A stretch of 10,980 bases of DNA. Origin: Azolla caroliniana. Its lineage: Eukaryota > Plantae > Polypodiophyta. Both the position numbers and the translations under genes were made by a program. The DNA lies in NCBI GenBank assembly GCA_043228905.1, contig JBHGNT010001205.1, positions 1 to 10,980 of the forward strand, written 5' to 3'. Positions 9,130 through 10,980 of this stretch are shown here, in pieces. The number at the start of each line of letters is the position of its first letter. The first letter of the stretch is position 1. The notes under the pieces were generated by a model. That model saw only the letters and a program-made list of their open reading frames with translations, did not search any database and was not told the DNA's origin.

Positions 9130-10047
9130 ACAGTCAACACAAAACACGAATGGGATTCGGATTTTGTGATAACCATAACCATCATTATAACCGATGATGC
9201 TACGATCTCGCTCTGAGATGTAAACCCCTTTAGTCTCAGTTTACTTTTGAAACTGAAAGCAATATTCATCATCCAATGTACATTTCTTCCACAAGATTGG
9301 TTCTTTTTTTGCCAAAGCTTGATCTCTTATCAAACACTATTTATGTATCATGGTTATGACTTCACTAGTGAATCTCTTGAAAAACCTTATCATTGGGAGG
9401 ATATCATTCATTAGGGCATCAAACATTACAGTGTTATGAAGCTCTAAAAGTTAAATAGTGTATACATGCACAATATTTTTTTATTGAGGCATTGACAAAA
9501 ATACATAGTGGTCATTGCTTATTGTTTTCCAGTATCATGGTGCAAATTCATAATGCTTGGTTTGACCTATGTTCCAAATGATAGTATACATAAATTCTCC
9601 ATATGTATCTGTATGTAAAGTAGGAAATAAAGATATGCTCTATAGATGGTTGGATCAGGTGGCTTTTGTCCTTGCTTGTGCGCTGCGATTAATGTAGCCT
9701 TTTTGCTCATGCTTGTGTTGTGTGTACAGTTTTTGGACAAACATCAAAACATGAAAGGTCTCATTGCTAGGTTTCGATTTTTTGAGAGCTTATTTAACTA
9801 GGTAAAAACTTTGGCATACTCATCAAATAATAGATGATGTCTATACCGAAGGAATGAGATCAATTAACCATGGGTGAGGGGCGTGAAATGATAGGGAAAG
9901 GTCCTCGTAGGTCCATAAGGTTTGTGTAGGTAGAAAAACATCATATGCTACTAATCTCCAAAAGGTATGTTGAAGGTACGGAAATCTTGGATGATCTTTA
10001 TTTTCCTGAAGGGGTTTAGATAGGGAAGGCTTGGACGATGAACTCAT
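9130..10047 (-). pseudogene. Decayed coding segments of unknown product inside the hAT element, upstream of the transposase remnant
   Basis: ATG at 10047 gives MSSSSKP...HTFWRLVAYDVFLP...PWLIDLIP. After a frameshift near 9848 it continues YRHHLLFDEYAKVFT*LNKLSKNRNLAMRPFMF*CLSKNC...PDPTIYRAYLYFLLY. From 9441 it reads LHNTVMFDALMNDILPMIRFFKRFTSE...KGVYISERDRSIIGYNDGYGYHKIRIPFVFCVDC. I recognise no hAT motif in these segments. Confidence 0.45.
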
Positions 10048-10660
10048 TTCAATGCTGGTACCTTTTCACAAAGCTATTGAGATAATCCTTCTGTGTGCAA
10101 TTATCATTGGGAAAACACATGCCCAAAAAGAAAATACACATTAACATGGAATATTTATAAGTGAACATAGAGAGTACAAAATCCAATGCTACAATTACAG
10201 GACCCACCCACAAATTTGAGCAATGTGCTCATCTATGTCACATAAGTATGTACGATTACACTAACATAAATACTTCTTTGAGTCAAAGAATTGGGATAAG
10301 AAGTACAAATACTTGTGTAACTGTGTTCAGGAAAAATACCTGATTTGTCTTTGCACTCACAAGCTAGCCTGACCACTGCAGAAGAAGGAAAGGGAGAAGA
10401 ACCGCTGCAGTCTACAGAAGAAGGAGAAGAGAATTGAGACTCGTTACTATTTGATAAAGAAATAAAAGGAAAACATGTGTACAAACTAGGTTTTTTAAAA
10501 GCTAAGTTAAATTTCATTGAAAGAATGATCACTTTTCCCTAAATTGATAGAACTGACCTTCAAAAAATGTGTTGAGAGAATTTTTTTATAAAAGTATCTC
10601 ACCAAACCACCGTTTAAATCGTTAAGCCATTAAGCCATGGTTTCACGGTTCGGTTCGGTT

Positions 10661-10685
10661 CGAACTGAACCGTTGCCGATTGTTA
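10661..10685 (-). repeat. Right TIR of the hAT element
   Basis: CGAACTGAACCGTTGCCGATTGTTA, preceded by CGGTT repeats at 10646-10660. Confidence 0.95.
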
Positions 10686-10693
10686 GGTGGGTC
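10686..10693. repeat. Right 8-bp target-site duplication GGTGGGTC
   Basis: Identical to 7198-7205. Confidence 0.95.
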
Positions 10694-10980
10694 CAATTCG
10701 TAGAACATACTCGATGATCAAAAGTGAAGCTTAGATTAAAACGATTATAACAAGTACATCCATTAAAACAGGTAGCTTAGTAAAGCTTAGTAATGTTATA
10801 ACGTTGATAACAACAACACAAATGTATCAATATAAACATTGGTAGACATATTTAAAAAAACAATATAAACATGGAATCAAAGTTACTTTATAGAGAAAAA
10901 AAACTTTGATTACAATGCTTTTTATAAAATACAAAGTTCTTTACATTGTGTTGAGCGGACGAGCTCAACTGTATCCAAAT

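Larger units (their letters stand above)
7206..10685 (-). mobile_element. Non-autonomous hAT DNA transposon, 3480 bp, both ends intact
   Basis: 25-bp TIRs (24/25 match), a perfect 8-bp TSD, AACCG/CGGTT-rich subterminal regions and an internal hAT C-terminal dimerisation-domain remnant. Confidence 0.95.

Noticed and set aside
10161-10532. ORFs 10161-10343 (+) and 10233-10532 (-)
   Set aside because: The minus ORF is a low-complexity Ser-rich translation of a pyrimidine-rich leader that crosses a likely splice donor at 10339. The plus ORF has a non-ATG start and no recognisable motifs. Both are better explained as 5'UTR plus intron.
10950-10969. Hairpin GTTGAGC-GGACGA-GCTCAAC, possible Helitron 3' hairpin or terminator
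   Set aside because: The stem is only 7 bp, no CTRR terminus is visible before the window ends, and bacterial terminators are irrelevant here.

Overview
AT-rich eukaryotic (land-plant-like, possibly bryophyte; inference) genomic window. It opens with the last two coding exons of an ABCE1/RLI gene (+), followed by about 1.6 kb of 3'UTR/intergenic DNA. The rest is a cluster of decayed transposons. (1) A 3'-truncated Ty1/copia LTR retrotransposon (+, ~2030-4956) with PBS, gag, protease, integrase and the start of RT. (2) Fused head-on to it, a degenerate spliced DNA-transposase gene of Sola-like type (-, ~4955-6989) that the ORF track mostly misses; its 680-nt intron is filled by a 30-bp palindromic minisatellite. 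(3) A precisely bounded 3480-bp hAT element (7206-10685; 25-bp TIRs, perfect 8-bp TSD GGTGGGTC). It keeps only the C-terminus of its transposase but carries same-strand, exon-like segments of an unrecognised protein on both sides of it. All family assignments come from manual motif recognition; no database search was run.
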